This document shows positions 1 through 8,366 of a stretch of DNA of 32,000 bases, one piece after another (the stretch's first letter is position 1; the number at the start of each line of letters is the position of its first letter). The translations under genes were made by a program, and so were the position numbers. The notes beneath the pieces were generated by a model. The model was not told where the DNA came from, did not search any database, and was given only the letters and a program-made list of their open reading frames with translations. Origin of the DNA: an uncultured archaeon (GTDB taxonomy: Archaea > Asgardarchaeota > Jordiarchaeia > Jordiarchaeales > Jordiarchaeaceae); assembly GCA_964510585.1 (NCBI GenBank), contig CAZECW010000157.1, positions 21,063-53,062 of the forward strand. The letters are read 5' to 3'.

Positions 1-9
1 GGCAAGAAA

Positions 10-780
10 ATGCGGATTCGAATTGATAATTTTAATCGCTTTGATGACAAGCGTATGCTATACAGGGGGTTTACGGAGGTAATAGTTTCGCTAATGCCTT
101 TCATCTATAATTTAGCACAGGAGAGCAAGAGACAGGATTTTGAAAAAATCCGTTCCTATCCTTCTTTACGTGAATTTTTGGGAGATTTGAAAACTATTTC
201 TTCAGCTGTTCTTTTAAATGATGTTTCTAATTTTTGCGAGTTGGATGAATCTATTCTGAATTTAAAAAAACTGCAAATAGTGTTTGGTAAAGAAATTCTA
301 AATCTGAAACCAGAAAAACGGTTAAATATTCTTATCAAAGAGTGGAAAAAATATTTTGGCCAAGTCATTGACCTCTTTACAAATAGTCAGATTAGTATGA
401 TTTTTTTGGAGTACTATATCGATCTAAATTCAATTTATGATCCTGACAGATTAGAGGGCTTTAAGGAGATAATGAAGGAGGTTAGATCCTATAACATTAT
501 ACCCATCATTTCAATAAAGGGTGATGAAGCCCCTGAGAAATTTGAAAAACTACCCTTAGACTTGGTGGTTCTTGATAGTCAGTCCCTTCAGCTTTATGAG
601 TTAATTGTAGACATGGCAAGAGAAAAGGATGTCAAAAATTTCACTCTTTTTGATATTGTGAGATATCTTCGGGGGGGAACAGCTAATTCGCTAAATGATG
701 TCACTCAAAGAAGCCTGGACTTGCTGGTGGATAACGGCTTACTCGAAAAGAAGGATAACAGGTACCAAGTGATTCTTTAA
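10..780 (+). CDS. Hypothetical protein, possible C-terminal winged helix
   Basis: 256-aa ORF. The C-terminus (SLDLLVDNGLLEKKDNRYQVIL) resembles a wHTH recognition helix and wing. It lies at the window edge, so the start is uncertain. Confidence 0.6.
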   Translation: MRIRIDNFNRFDDKRMLYRGFTEVIVSLMPFIYNLAQESKRQDFEKIRSYPSLREFLGDLKTISSAVLLNDVSNFCELDESILNLKKLQIVFGKEILNLKPEKRLNILIKEWKKYFGQVIDLFTNSQISMIFLEYYIDLNSIYDPDRLEGFKEIMKEVRSYNIIPIISIKGDEAPEKFEKLPLDLVVLDSQSLQLYELIVDMAREKDVKNFTLFDIVRYLRGGTANSLNDVTQRSLDLLVDNGLLEKKDNRYQVIL

Positions 781-840
781 AAAGGTGTAAAATCGTTTTT
801 TAAAGGAATATGGAATGATTAACTCTTCTGTGACGGTAAC

Positions 841-1962
841 CTATTCAAATGTTCTGTCGAATGCTAAATCTAATATTTCGAGTATTTTTTGAGGGGGAAC
901 CACAATGTAGAACATGTCTGGTTCGAAGTGAGAATGATAAAGTAACCCCGTTCTGAGCAAGTCTTTTAGCGATTCGTCTAACTCTCCCGGGTCTGTTTGC
1001 ACCTTTAATTCTTCGTAAAGTAAGTCGTACTCCCTTTTTATTTCGTTAAGAGACATGTAAGGTTCGTAGAGATATTTTTGAAAAACTCTTGCAATTTTTT
1101 GTAAAAGTAGATGGGTCATCAAGCTGATTTGTGCTAATGAGTCTATTATGGAAAGCTCATCATGCACGGTGAAAATATCTGAACTTGCTTCTTGAATGTG
1201 AATAGGTAGTATGTCTGCACCACGCAGGGAAATGGGATATATTCTTTTTAATATTTCGATAATTGTGCTCGGCCGCCCAATATCAAACTCCAAAACGATG
1301 TCAGTTAAAAAACGAATTATAGATGGACGAACAAGAGAGGGGAAAGCTATGGTTACCCTCTGATGCGTTATATCCATCAATTCAGTATTGGAATATAGAT
1401 CTAGGAAAAGGGTGAAATCTAGTTGTAAGCTTGTTCCATATTCTCTCCTGATTTTTCTAGCATAGCCTACTTTTGCAGTTGATATAGTAGTTATGCCGAG
1501 TTCTTTAGATTCTTGAAGGAATTTTCTATGAATTTGCTGATTGTTTTCATCGACATCATCCAGTATAATAACCAATTTATTATTTATAGACCTTCTCAAC
1601 CTACGAAAAATATTCCATAATTCGGGCAAAGTAGCACCAGTAGGAATCACCCCCAAGTGCGCAGCATCACATATGGAAGAATTAATTTGGTACATTATTT
1701 CTCTAAAACGCTTATAACAAAAATTAACAAAAACGGGAGTGAACTCAAACTCGCTTTCATTAAGTGTAGCTACAGCGTATCTGGAAAGCACCGTTTTCCC
1801 TATTCCGGAAGGCCCGCAAATCAAAAGATTATTGTTTTCATTATCAGATAGTATTTTCTGGAGTTCCTGAAGCTCCTTTTCCCTATGACAAATTTTTGGA
1901 GGAATATAAAAGGGATCATATATCGCAGCTACCCTTTGAGAAATCATTGCAATAAACCTCAA
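841..1962 (-). CDS. cdc6: Orc1/Cdc6-family AAA+ ATPase (divergent paralog)
   Basis: N-terminal DPFYIPPKICHREKEL resembles Cdc6 PxxLPHRExE. Walker A GPSGIGKT, Walker B IILDDVD (Asp in place of Glu), C-terminal winged-helix region. Likely start ATG 1947. Confidence 0.8.
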   Translation of the reverse strand: MRFIAMISQRVAAIYDPFYIPPKICHREKELQELQKILSDNENNNLLICGPSGIGKTVLSRYAVATLNESEFEFTPVFVNFCYKRFREIMYQINSSICDAAHLGVIPTGATLPELWNIFRRLRRSINNKLVIILDDVDENNQQIHRKFLQESKELGITTISTAKVGYARKIRREYGTSLQLDFTLFLDLYSNTELMDITHQRVTIAFPSLVRPSIIRFLTDIVLEFDIGRPSTIIEILKRIYPISLRGADILPIHIQEASSDIFTVHDELSIIDSLAQISLMTHLLLQKIARVFQKYLYEPYMSLNEIKREYDLLYEELKVQTDPGELDESLKDLLRTGLLYHSHFEPDMFYIVVPPQKILEILDLAFDRTFE

Positions 1963-2180
1963 CCGTTTATATTTCTATTTTTTGTTTAGTATTTAAACCC
2001 CACAAAAAATACTTTTAAAAATATGAGAATAGAGGGGGGAGACACTTGACCGAAAGTATTACGAAAAGGGGTTTATTTTCAGTCTAAAATGTGTAAGCAA
2101 ATGTGGTTTTAATCAGAAAACGGTTTTACCTAAAAAGTCAGTTTGGGAGGAGCGTTGGAAATAAATTTAATAAGTTAAGT

Positions 2181-2190
2181 TTTTATATAA
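2181..2190 (+). promoter_or_regulatory. Candidate TATA box in the AT-rich cdc6/roadblock intergenic region
   Basis: TTTTATATAA within an A/T-rich tract (2160-2215), about 100 nt upstream of ATG 2294. Confidence 0.35.
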
Positions 2191-2293
2191 ATTATTAATA
2201 AATAAAAAGTATAGTGGTTTGACTGTGGCAAAAAATATTTAGCACCATTCAGTTTAAGTATTACAGTAACACCACAAATGATGGTGCAGTAAG

Positions 2294-3001
2294 ATGTCCA
2301 TAAGTGAACAAACTTCGGAAAAAATCAAAACATTACTACAAAGGATAGAGGATACCACTAAGCTTGAAGGACTAGCGGTAATAACAAGAGACGGAGTAAG
2401 AATTGCTAGTTCAGCTTCTGCTTCCGTTGACGCGGATATGCTATCTGCAGCCTCGGCAGCCATGATTAGCACAGGCGAAATGGCTTCCATGCAACTAAAT
2501 TACGGAAGCCTATCAGACATAATAATCAGGGGGGACAACGGGCACATTCTACTCACAAGAGCTGGACCCAACCACATGTTGGTGGCAGCAAGCAAGGACA
2601 CCTCACAACTAGGCCTTAATCTAGGTGTTATGCGGAGATACGCTAAATCGATTTCAGAAATGATTGGAGTTGCACCTGAAATACTCCCCTCACCCAAAAT
2701 ACCCGCGGCAACAACTATGCCTACACCACCAACACCCAAGCCGGTTATCGCAACTTCTACAGTTAGACCCCTAAAACCACCCCAAATAAGTGAAAGTGCA
2801 CCAACCCAACCTCGGGCTCCAATACCACAAGTACAAGTTCCAACACCCCAAGCAGCAGTAGCTCAGACAACCGCAGAAGATCTATCAAATGACGAGAAGG
2901 GAGCTATTTTTGAGGCGCTTAGAGCCTTGGGTTTAGAGGATATGGTTAAGATGCCGGGTTCTAAACTTGAGGCAAAGAGAGCAGAGGGTGAAAGAATTTA
3001 A
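2294..3001 (+). CDS. Roadblock/LC7 (MglB-like) domain protein with Pro/Thr-rich tail
   Basis: aa ~5-125 match the roadblock pattern (LEGLAVITRDG...LSAASAAM...IIIRGDNGHILL...LGL). Followed by ~70 aa rich in P/T/Q/A and a short helix. GGTG upstream of ATG. Confidence 0.85.
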   Translation: MSISEQTSEKIKTLLQRIEDTTKLEGLAVITRDGVRIASSASASVDADMLSAASAAMISTGEMASMQLNYGSLSDIIIRGDNGHILLTRAGPNHMLVAASKDTSQLGLNLGVMRRYAKSISEMIGVAPEILPSPKIPAATTMPTPPTPKPVIATSTVRPLKPPQISESAPTQPRAPIPQVQVPTPQAAVAQTTAEDLSNDEKGAIFEALRALGLEDMVKMPGSKLEAKRAEGERI

Positions 3002-3143
3002 AAAGGGCCTTAAAAGCTAAAAGCACCTTTTTACGGTACAACACGCAACTGATTTAACCTGACGACTCTAATTCTGGAAATAGAATTAGTTGCAGACTAA
3101 CCCAAAAAGTATATACATGTTCTAATTTTTAATTCTCGTTTTT

Positions 3144-3293
3144 TCACTCAACTTCTATCCACAAAATTTCTTCATCCAACGCGCATACCCCATTTTCGTA
3201 AAATTCACAAATAGTGCAGCATATCTCGTGATTATCACAAGTTTCAATCATAAAGCATTCGTCGCAACAGTTAAGCTTAATGTAGTTCGCCAT
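3144..3293 (-). CDS. Small acidic Cys-rich protein (49 aa), below the ORF-track length cut-off
   Basis: Manual translation MANYIKLNCCDECFMIETCDNHEICCTICEFYENGVCALDEEILWIEVE*, with 8 Cys. AGGAG lies 11 nt upstream of ATG 3293. Fills an otherwise empty 410-bp gap. Confidence 0.65.
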   Translation of the reverse strand: MANYIKLNCCDECFMIETCDNHEICCTICEFYENGVCALDEEILWIEVE

Positions 3294-3412
3294 AAAGATC
3301 GAATCTCCTAATGCGAATAGCAATTCTGAGATGTTAATACCTAAGTGAAAAGAAATTTAAAAAGTTATTTTAGAATCAAGATACTTGAAAAAAAGGAGAA
3401 TCTAGAGCTCGT

Positions 3413-4015
3413 TTATGGTAAACTATTTTTTTCAGTTAATTTAGATCCACATTTGGAGCATTTATTGTTAATCTCAGATATACAATTGGAATGTGTATAC
3501 TCCCCACATTTTGGACATACCACGACTCCGCGATTTCCCCCTATAACTGCACCGCAAACCGTACACTTAAGTAACTCTATACCACAATAAGGGCAGAAAT
3601 CTAGATCTTTCAATAAAAGCTTACTGCACTCCGGGCAAGTTAAGTTTGCAACGTTTCCATCCAAACTTAGTTCTTCGCTGAGTATTAGTGACTTGTTTAT
3701 AGCTCTGCTTATTAGGTCTTGGTAATTGTCTCTGAGTCGTATCAATCTTTTCAAGGCAGAAGGCTTTATCAGGGCTACCTTCTCAGCCAAGGTATAAGCA
3801 TCCTGCAAAATTTCGTTAAGAACGCTAATATCGGGAGAAGAACTAATTAGTACGTGTATGCTCTTCTCGGTTTCCTCAAAAAGTTCAACGAACTCCCCAC
3901 TAAAACCTTCGGACTTTATTACCCTAAACAAGTCACTAACCGCCTTTTTGTAAAAAGTTCTCAGATCCAAAACCAAAACTACCTTTAAAGCTTTCCAAGT
4001 AATAGTAAGCAGCAA
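3413..4015 (-). CDS. Helical domain + double zinc ribbon + C4HC3 RING/PHD-like finger
   Basis: CPEC...CPYC, then CTVC-x11-CPKC-x4-H-x2-C-x7-CSKC. True start may be TTG 3970 (MDLRTFY). Confidence 0.75.
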   Translation of the reverse strand: MLLTITWKALKVVLVLDLRTFYKKAVSDLFRVIKSEGFSGEFVELFEETEKSIHVLISSSPDISVLNEILQDAYTLAEKVALIKPSALKRLIRLRDNYQDLISRAINKSLILSEELSLDGNVANLTCPECSKLLLKDLDFCPYCGIELLKCTVCGAVIGGNRGVVVCPKCGEYTHSNCISEINNKCSKCGSKLTEKNSLP

Positions 4016-4101
4016 AATCTTCTAAATTTGACTGGGGATTCATAGTTGAAAACGGGTTCTATTACGCATCTGAAGGATGAAGGCGGTTTTTGTAAGTGTG
4101 A

Positions 4102-4890
4102 TCAATCTTGTAAACTATTTAAAAAGTTTATAATAGTCCGGTTGAATTCTTCTGGCTGCTCAATCATTACCATGTGGCCTGCCTTTTCAACTATTTTCAG
4201 AGAGGAATTCAAAATCTTTTCATTCAGGTAACGAGACCACTTCACGGGGGTCAATTTATCTTCTGAACCAACAATAATCAGGGTAGGTACACCAATCTCA
4301 GAAATTTTGTCTCGCACATCAAACTTGTTGCACGCTGCAAAATCTGAATATGCCACCTTTGGATTGCATTTTAAACACTCCTCCTTTACCAGATCCACAA
4401 GTTTTGGATCCGCACTCTCCGCGAAGGCCATACTGCCAATAGCTAAATCAACGCTCTCCCTGAAATTAGTCTTCAAAGCCTCAAGTATAGTGGGAAGCAC
4501 ACCCAACTTGGCTCCTGTTCCCACCAGAACCAAACCCCTCAAAAGCTCTGAATAATCTAGGGCCAACTGTATGCAAATCGCACCACCCAAAGAATGCCCC
4601 ACTGCAACCATACTTTCAATACCCAAGCCCCTCACAAACTCCGCCACATAATCAGCAAAAAGCTTCACAGAAACCTCACCTTCAAGAGGATCAGACATAC
4701 CATGACCCGGCAAATCTAAAAAAATCAAATTATAATTACCGGATAGTGCCCTCTGCAAATCCCAAGAAATATGACTACCCATAGAACCGTGAATAAAAAC
4801 AACCGGTAAACCCTGACCAACAGACTCATAAAAAATCTTTTTACCCCTAATAATCAGAAATGGCAAGACAAACCCTCCTAACCAATTCAT
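4102..4890 (-). CDS. Alpha/beta hydrolase (enol-lactonase/esterase-like)
   Basis: HG oxyanion motif (FIHGSMG), nucleophile elbow GHSLGG, acid in GSEDKLTP, His in AGHMV. Confidence 0.9.
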   Translation of the reverse strand: MNWLGGFVLPFLIIRGKKIFYESVGQGLPVVFIHGSMGSHISWDLQRALSGNYNLIFLDLPGHGMSDPLEGEVSVKLFADYVAEFVRGLGIESMVAVGHSLGGAICIQLALDYSELLRGLVLVGTGAKLGVLPTILEALKTNFRESVDLAIGSMAFAESADPKLVDLVKEECLKCNPKVAYSDFAACNKFDVRDKISEIGVPTLIIVGSEDKLTPVKWSRYLNEKILNSSLKIVEKAGHMVMIEQPEEFNRTIINFLNSLQD

Positions 4891-5190
4891 AAATCAAGTT
4901 GAAACATTTTTAGCACAAATAATATTCGACACGTTCCATCTTTTGAAAGAGATATTTCCATTGTGACTCCTACTGGAGAACAGCTTTCCAAACAAAGGCA
5001 TTATGTCTTTAACTCTACCACGCCATCCCAGTAGGAAGACGACTATTTTCAGCACCCTCATCACCATGTTTTCAAGGCTATTAAAGCTAAGCCTGACACT
5101 TTAAGGTTGTCCACATAATTCGTATAATTATTAGATACTATTATTGTGAATCTTCTCATCCCTACCATGGAAGTGACGTCTTTGTAGATA

Positions 5191-5487
5191 TCACCGAATA
5201 CCAGCAGTTAAAATCAAAGCCAAAGCTGTCAAAGTACCAATCTTCCTCTCTTTCATCTCGTTTCTAACATAAAAAAATTTTCCAGACTTAACAATTGAAA
5301 TTACATGCCGTTTCTTCTTATACGCCTCAAGATAATCTTCACGCACGATAATTTCATCAAACTCCACCCTACCCAACTCCCTCAAAACATCATCCTTAGA
5401 AGACTTAATAAAATCAGCCCGCCGCTCAACAGGAAAAGGGGTATCACTCAAACTATCCAACAAATCTGCAGTCAAAAACACAACCAA
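5191..5487 (-). CDS. Hypothetical protein (~98 aa)
   Basis: 3' part of track ORF 5191..5619. GGAGGG lies 6 nt before TTG 5487; the longer start overlaps the structured RNA. Confidence 0.45.
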   Translation of the reverse strand: MVVFLTADLLDSLSDTPFPVERRADFIKSSKDDVLRELGRVEFDEIIVREDYLEAYKKKRHVISIVKSGKFFYVRNEMKERKIGTLTALALILTAGIR

Positions 5488-5570
5488 AACAAACCCTCCA
5501 AACAATAAACACTTAATAAAAACAATTAAGACATAAAGTATTATAGTTATCCCCAAAAAGCGAGTTGAGT

Positions 5571-5576
5571 AAAAAA
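5571..5576 (-). terminator. Oligo-T terminator after the structured RNA
   Basis: TTTTTT on the minus strand, 7 nt after the 3' strand of the terminal stem. Confidence 0.5.
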
Positions 5577-5796
5577 GGTGATTGAGGGCCCAAGCCGGGA
5601 TATTCATGAGACCAGCCAAAGGCTAATCCTCAAATTGAAATCCCGAACCTAGCCAAACTGGCTAAGGAACCCGGGTCAAGGGATGTCTATCACCCTGGAG
5701 ACACATCCAACTTCGGTCCACAGTCCCCGAGGATAAACCAGTGAGCCCAGCGTGTAGCCACGCTGCGACTACCCCACTTGGGCCTCTTCTTACGCT
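5571..5796 (-). ncRNA. Unidentified structured non-coding RNA (~220 nt)
   Basis: GC-rich island. Ends pair (GGCCCAAGU-GGGGUA with UAUCCC-GGCUUGGGCC), internal helix 5727-5739/5621-5633, hairpins at 5748-5765, 5681-5708 and 5648-5667. BRE/TATA upstream and T6 tract downstream. Confidence 0.7.
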
Positions 5797-5818
5797 GAGC
5801 TTGATATCACGCATGGGA

Positions 5819-5833
5819 ATATAAAATTTTTTC
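5819..5833 (-). promoter_or_regulatory. Archaeal BRE + TATA promoter for the structured RNA
   Basis: Minus strand CGAAAAAA-TTTTATAT, placing +1 near 5796-5795, about 10 nt before the terminal stem. Confidence 0.6.
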
Positions 5834-5943
5834 GGATTTTATCGTTTCTATTTTAAAATTGTGAGAAGAAATTTGATTTATTTTTTAATTAGTTAGAAGG
5901 TAAGGGAGCTAAGTTTGTGATTTTGTTGTCGTACTTTTTGGGT

Positions 5944-6522
5944 TTAGGGTTTGTGCCAGGTGAACATGTAGTATTTTGGTTCCCCTGTAGGGGATACTGT
6001 TGCTACCACGAATTTTTTGCGGACGCTGGTTGCGAGACGCCCCGCCCTTACTGTTTCTATGGGGCTGAGTTGTGTTCCTTTGGGGACGACTGATACTATG
6101 AGTGGGGCGTGGTCTATGCCGGGTCCGTGTTCGTAGACGGAGAAGTCTGCTCCGAATTTGAGTCCGGGTCTGACTACGTATCCTTTTTCTCTGAGGTCTT
6201 TGTAGACTGCATATTTGGTTTTGAAGTCTATGTAGGTTTGTTCTGCTTTTTCCAATAGTTCTTCGGGAGTTATGGTGTGGTTGTCTTGGGCATCGGTGAG
6301 TGTAATTTTTTCTTTTTGGAGTAAGTATAGGGCTTCTAGTAAGGAGAGTTCGAGGGGGCGTGTGAATTGGGGTGATTTTGGTTTTCTTATTCCTAGGGGT
6401 TGTCCGTAGAAGCCTTCGGCGTAGAGTTGGGAGCCTTCCTCAGGATTCCATACTATTACTCTATTTCCAGAAATTAGTTCCGCTTTTTTTTTGGTTGGTG
6501 CTGTTTTTTCGGTTGCCTCCAC
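5944..6522 (-). CDS. endA: tRNA-intron (bulge-helix-bulge) splicing endonuclease, catalytic subunit
   Basis: GLKFGADFSVYEHGPGIDHAP carries the catalytic Tyr and His; RLATSVRKK carries the Lys. PLELSLLEALYL is also typical. Includes the loop GFYGQPLGIRKPK. Confidence 0.95.
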   Translation of the reverse strand: MEATEKTAPTKKKAELISGNRVIVWNPEEGSQLYAEGFYGQPLGIRKPKSPQFTRPLELSLLEALYLLQKEKITLTDAQDNHTITPEELLEKAEQTYIDFKTKYAVYKDLREKGYVVRPGLKFGADFSVYEHGPGIDHAPLIVSVVPKGTQLSPIETVRAGRLATSVRKKFVVATVSPTGEPKYYMFTWHKP

Positions 6523-6568
6523 TTGTTTTGTCCCCTTTTCAATTTTTGGTATCTTTTTCCTATTCTAT

Positions 6569-7219
6569 TTATCCTAGTCTTGCTACGGCGATTATGCGTA
6601 CTGCGTTTGCGGCTTTTCCAGCAGTGTCTACAGCATCCTCCAAATTGCTCACTACGCTCAATAGGCGTATTAGGGTGCGGTTGTCTATGTCTAGTTCGAA
6701 TAGGGTTTGTTCTATGGCTCGGTGTATTTGGTCCATGAATCTTTCTACTTTGTCTACTTCCTCGGCGGCCTTTTTGGCTCGTTCTGCGTCTTCCACTATG
6801 GTGAATATGGAGTCTCGGAGTGTTTCAACGGAGTTTATGGTGGTGTTTACTAGGTTTCTTAGGTCTTCTTTTAGGGCTTCTTTGGGTTTCCAGTTTTTGA
6901 GTCCTTTTAGTCTAAAGGCGGTTCCTTCAGCGTAGTCGGCGATTTCATCGGTTGTGAGTACTAGGCGCATTAGGTCTTCTCGCTGTATTAATGTTGCGGC
7001 GACGCTTAGCTCGTCTAGTAAGGCTAGTTTTATTTCTTCAGCTTCGTTTTCGGCTTGTGATATTTTTAGTATTATTTTTTCCATCTCGGCTTCGTTTCCC
7101 TCAAACCATGCTTCCAGGAAGGGTGCCAGCTCTTTTACTGCAAATAATATTTTTCTTATGTGGTCCTGGATTATCTCTAGGACTATTCTCTCCTTGTTTT
7201 TGTTTAGGTCAATAGTCAT
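6569..7219 (-). CDS. DUF47 / PhoU-like phosphate transport regulator
   Basis: All-helical. ISQAENEAEEIK, REDLMRLVLTTDEIADYAE and LEDAVD fit the DUF47 E-x2-AD and D-x-IAD pattern. Confidence 0.85.
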   Translation of the reverse strand: MTIDLNKNKERIVLEIIQDHIRKILFAVKELAPFLEAWFEGNEAEMEKIILKISQAENEAEEIKLALLDELSVAATLIQREDLMRLVLTTDEIADYAEGTAFRLKGLKNWKPKEALKEDLRNLVNTTINSVETLRDSIFTIVEDAERAKKAAEEVDKVERFMDQIHRAIEQTLFELDIDNRTLIRLLSVVSNLEDAVDTAGKAANAVRIIAVARLG

Positions 7220-7476
7220 TGGTTTCCTTCCTCTTTCGTGGCTGTCTTATCTTTAAGCCGAATACATTTAAATAGATTCCTATCAGGGGAGAATTAAATT
7301 TGACGGTAAGTGTTTGGAATTGCAAGTGATGAAAAGCCGGGGGGAAATATTTCCAATTTTTGTGTTCTTTGCCATATGGGAGTTAAAGGTGTTTGGGTTT
7401 TTGTTATTAATTTTGCATATAGTAAGATTTATAGGTTTTCTCTAATAACTTTAGTTTTGTTTTGGAGGATTTCTAG

Positions 7477-8346
7477 ATGTATATGTTATTGTTACTTGCT
7501 ACTTTATCTGTATTTGACGGTGTAAATGCGTTTTTTCAAGCTCTTTTTAATGGTATTATGTTGTGGATTTTTACATATGGTTCTGCTGGTTTATTTGCCG
7601 CAATGCTTTTACAAGCGGTGGCTGCTCCGATCCCTAGTGAGTTTATTTTGATGCTTGGTGGAGCCGCCTTCTCCCTCCAGTACTATGTAACTTTTTTTAC
7701 TCCATTGATGGTATCGACTCCTGAGGCTTTTAATTTTTTCACATTAGTTCTCTTTGCGCCTTTGGTTTTTCCAATTTTTAATTTTGATTATGGAATCTTT
7801 TTGGCGGGTTTAGTGGGAGGTACCGGGGAAGTGGTGGGTGGTGTTATAGGTTTTTACATTGCAAGATTTGTCGGGAGGCCGGTTATTGAACGCTGGGAGA
7901 ACAAAGCCATTGTTATGGAGAAAGAGGAGCATACATCTGATGGTGGGAGAATAAGGCGAACTTTTGATAAAATTGTTATTTATATTTTGGGAGACGCGGT
8001 TCTAATAGCTGACCAGTGGATTACGAGATACGGGTTTTGGGCCGTTCTCGTTACCAGATTAACTCCACTTATACCCTTTGACTTTATTTCTTATGGTGTA
8101 GGCCTAACCAAGGTGAAATTTAGGACTTTTATCATTCCCACGGTCATTGGAGGATACCCCCGGGCCTTTATGTACTGTTTTTTTGGAGCTAAACTCCTAC
8201 TCTATCTCAACTATGCAACTTTTGGTAATCCCTATACCCTTTTCTTTATCATAGTGGCAATGGTAGTTGCACTTTTAGCCGTAATATACGAGTTTGTAAT
8301 TAAGAGAAAATACTTAGCGCCCAGAGATGGAACAATAAAGAGATAG
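7477..8346 (+). CDS. DedA/VTT (TVP38/TMEM64) family membrane protein
   Basis: PIPSEFILMLGGAAF, YIARFVGR, LVTRLTPLIPFDFISYGVGLTKVKF; several hydrophobic segments. Confidence 0.9.
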   Translation: MYMLLLLATLSVFDGVNAFFQALFNGIMLWIFTYGSAGLFAAMLLQAVAAPIPSEFILMLGGAAFSLQYYVTFFTPLMVSTPEAFNFFTLVLFAPLVFPIFNFDYGIFLAGLVGGTGEVVGGVIGFYIARFVGRPVIERWENKAIVMEKEEHTSDGGRIRRTFDKIVIYILGDAVLIADQWITRYGFWAVLVTRLTPLIPFDFISYGVGLTKVKFRTFIIPTVIGGYPRAFMYCFFGAKLLLYLNYATFGNPYTLFFIIVAMVVALLAVIYEFVIKRKYLAPRDGTIKR

Positions 8347-8366
8347 ATTCTACAGTTAACCAGGAC

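Noticed and set aside
5488-5619. N-terminal 44 codons of track ORF 5191..5619
   Set aside because: Overlaps the RNA 3' end and terminator; a better SD precedes TTG 5487.
5586-5786. Structured RNA as RNase P RNA, SRP RNA, a riboswitch or a BHB-circularised RNA
   Set aside because: CCCGGCUU resembles RNase P CR-V, but CR-I is absent and that segment is used in the terminal helix. No SRP helix-8 motif. Only one of the two BHB bulges is present at the ends.
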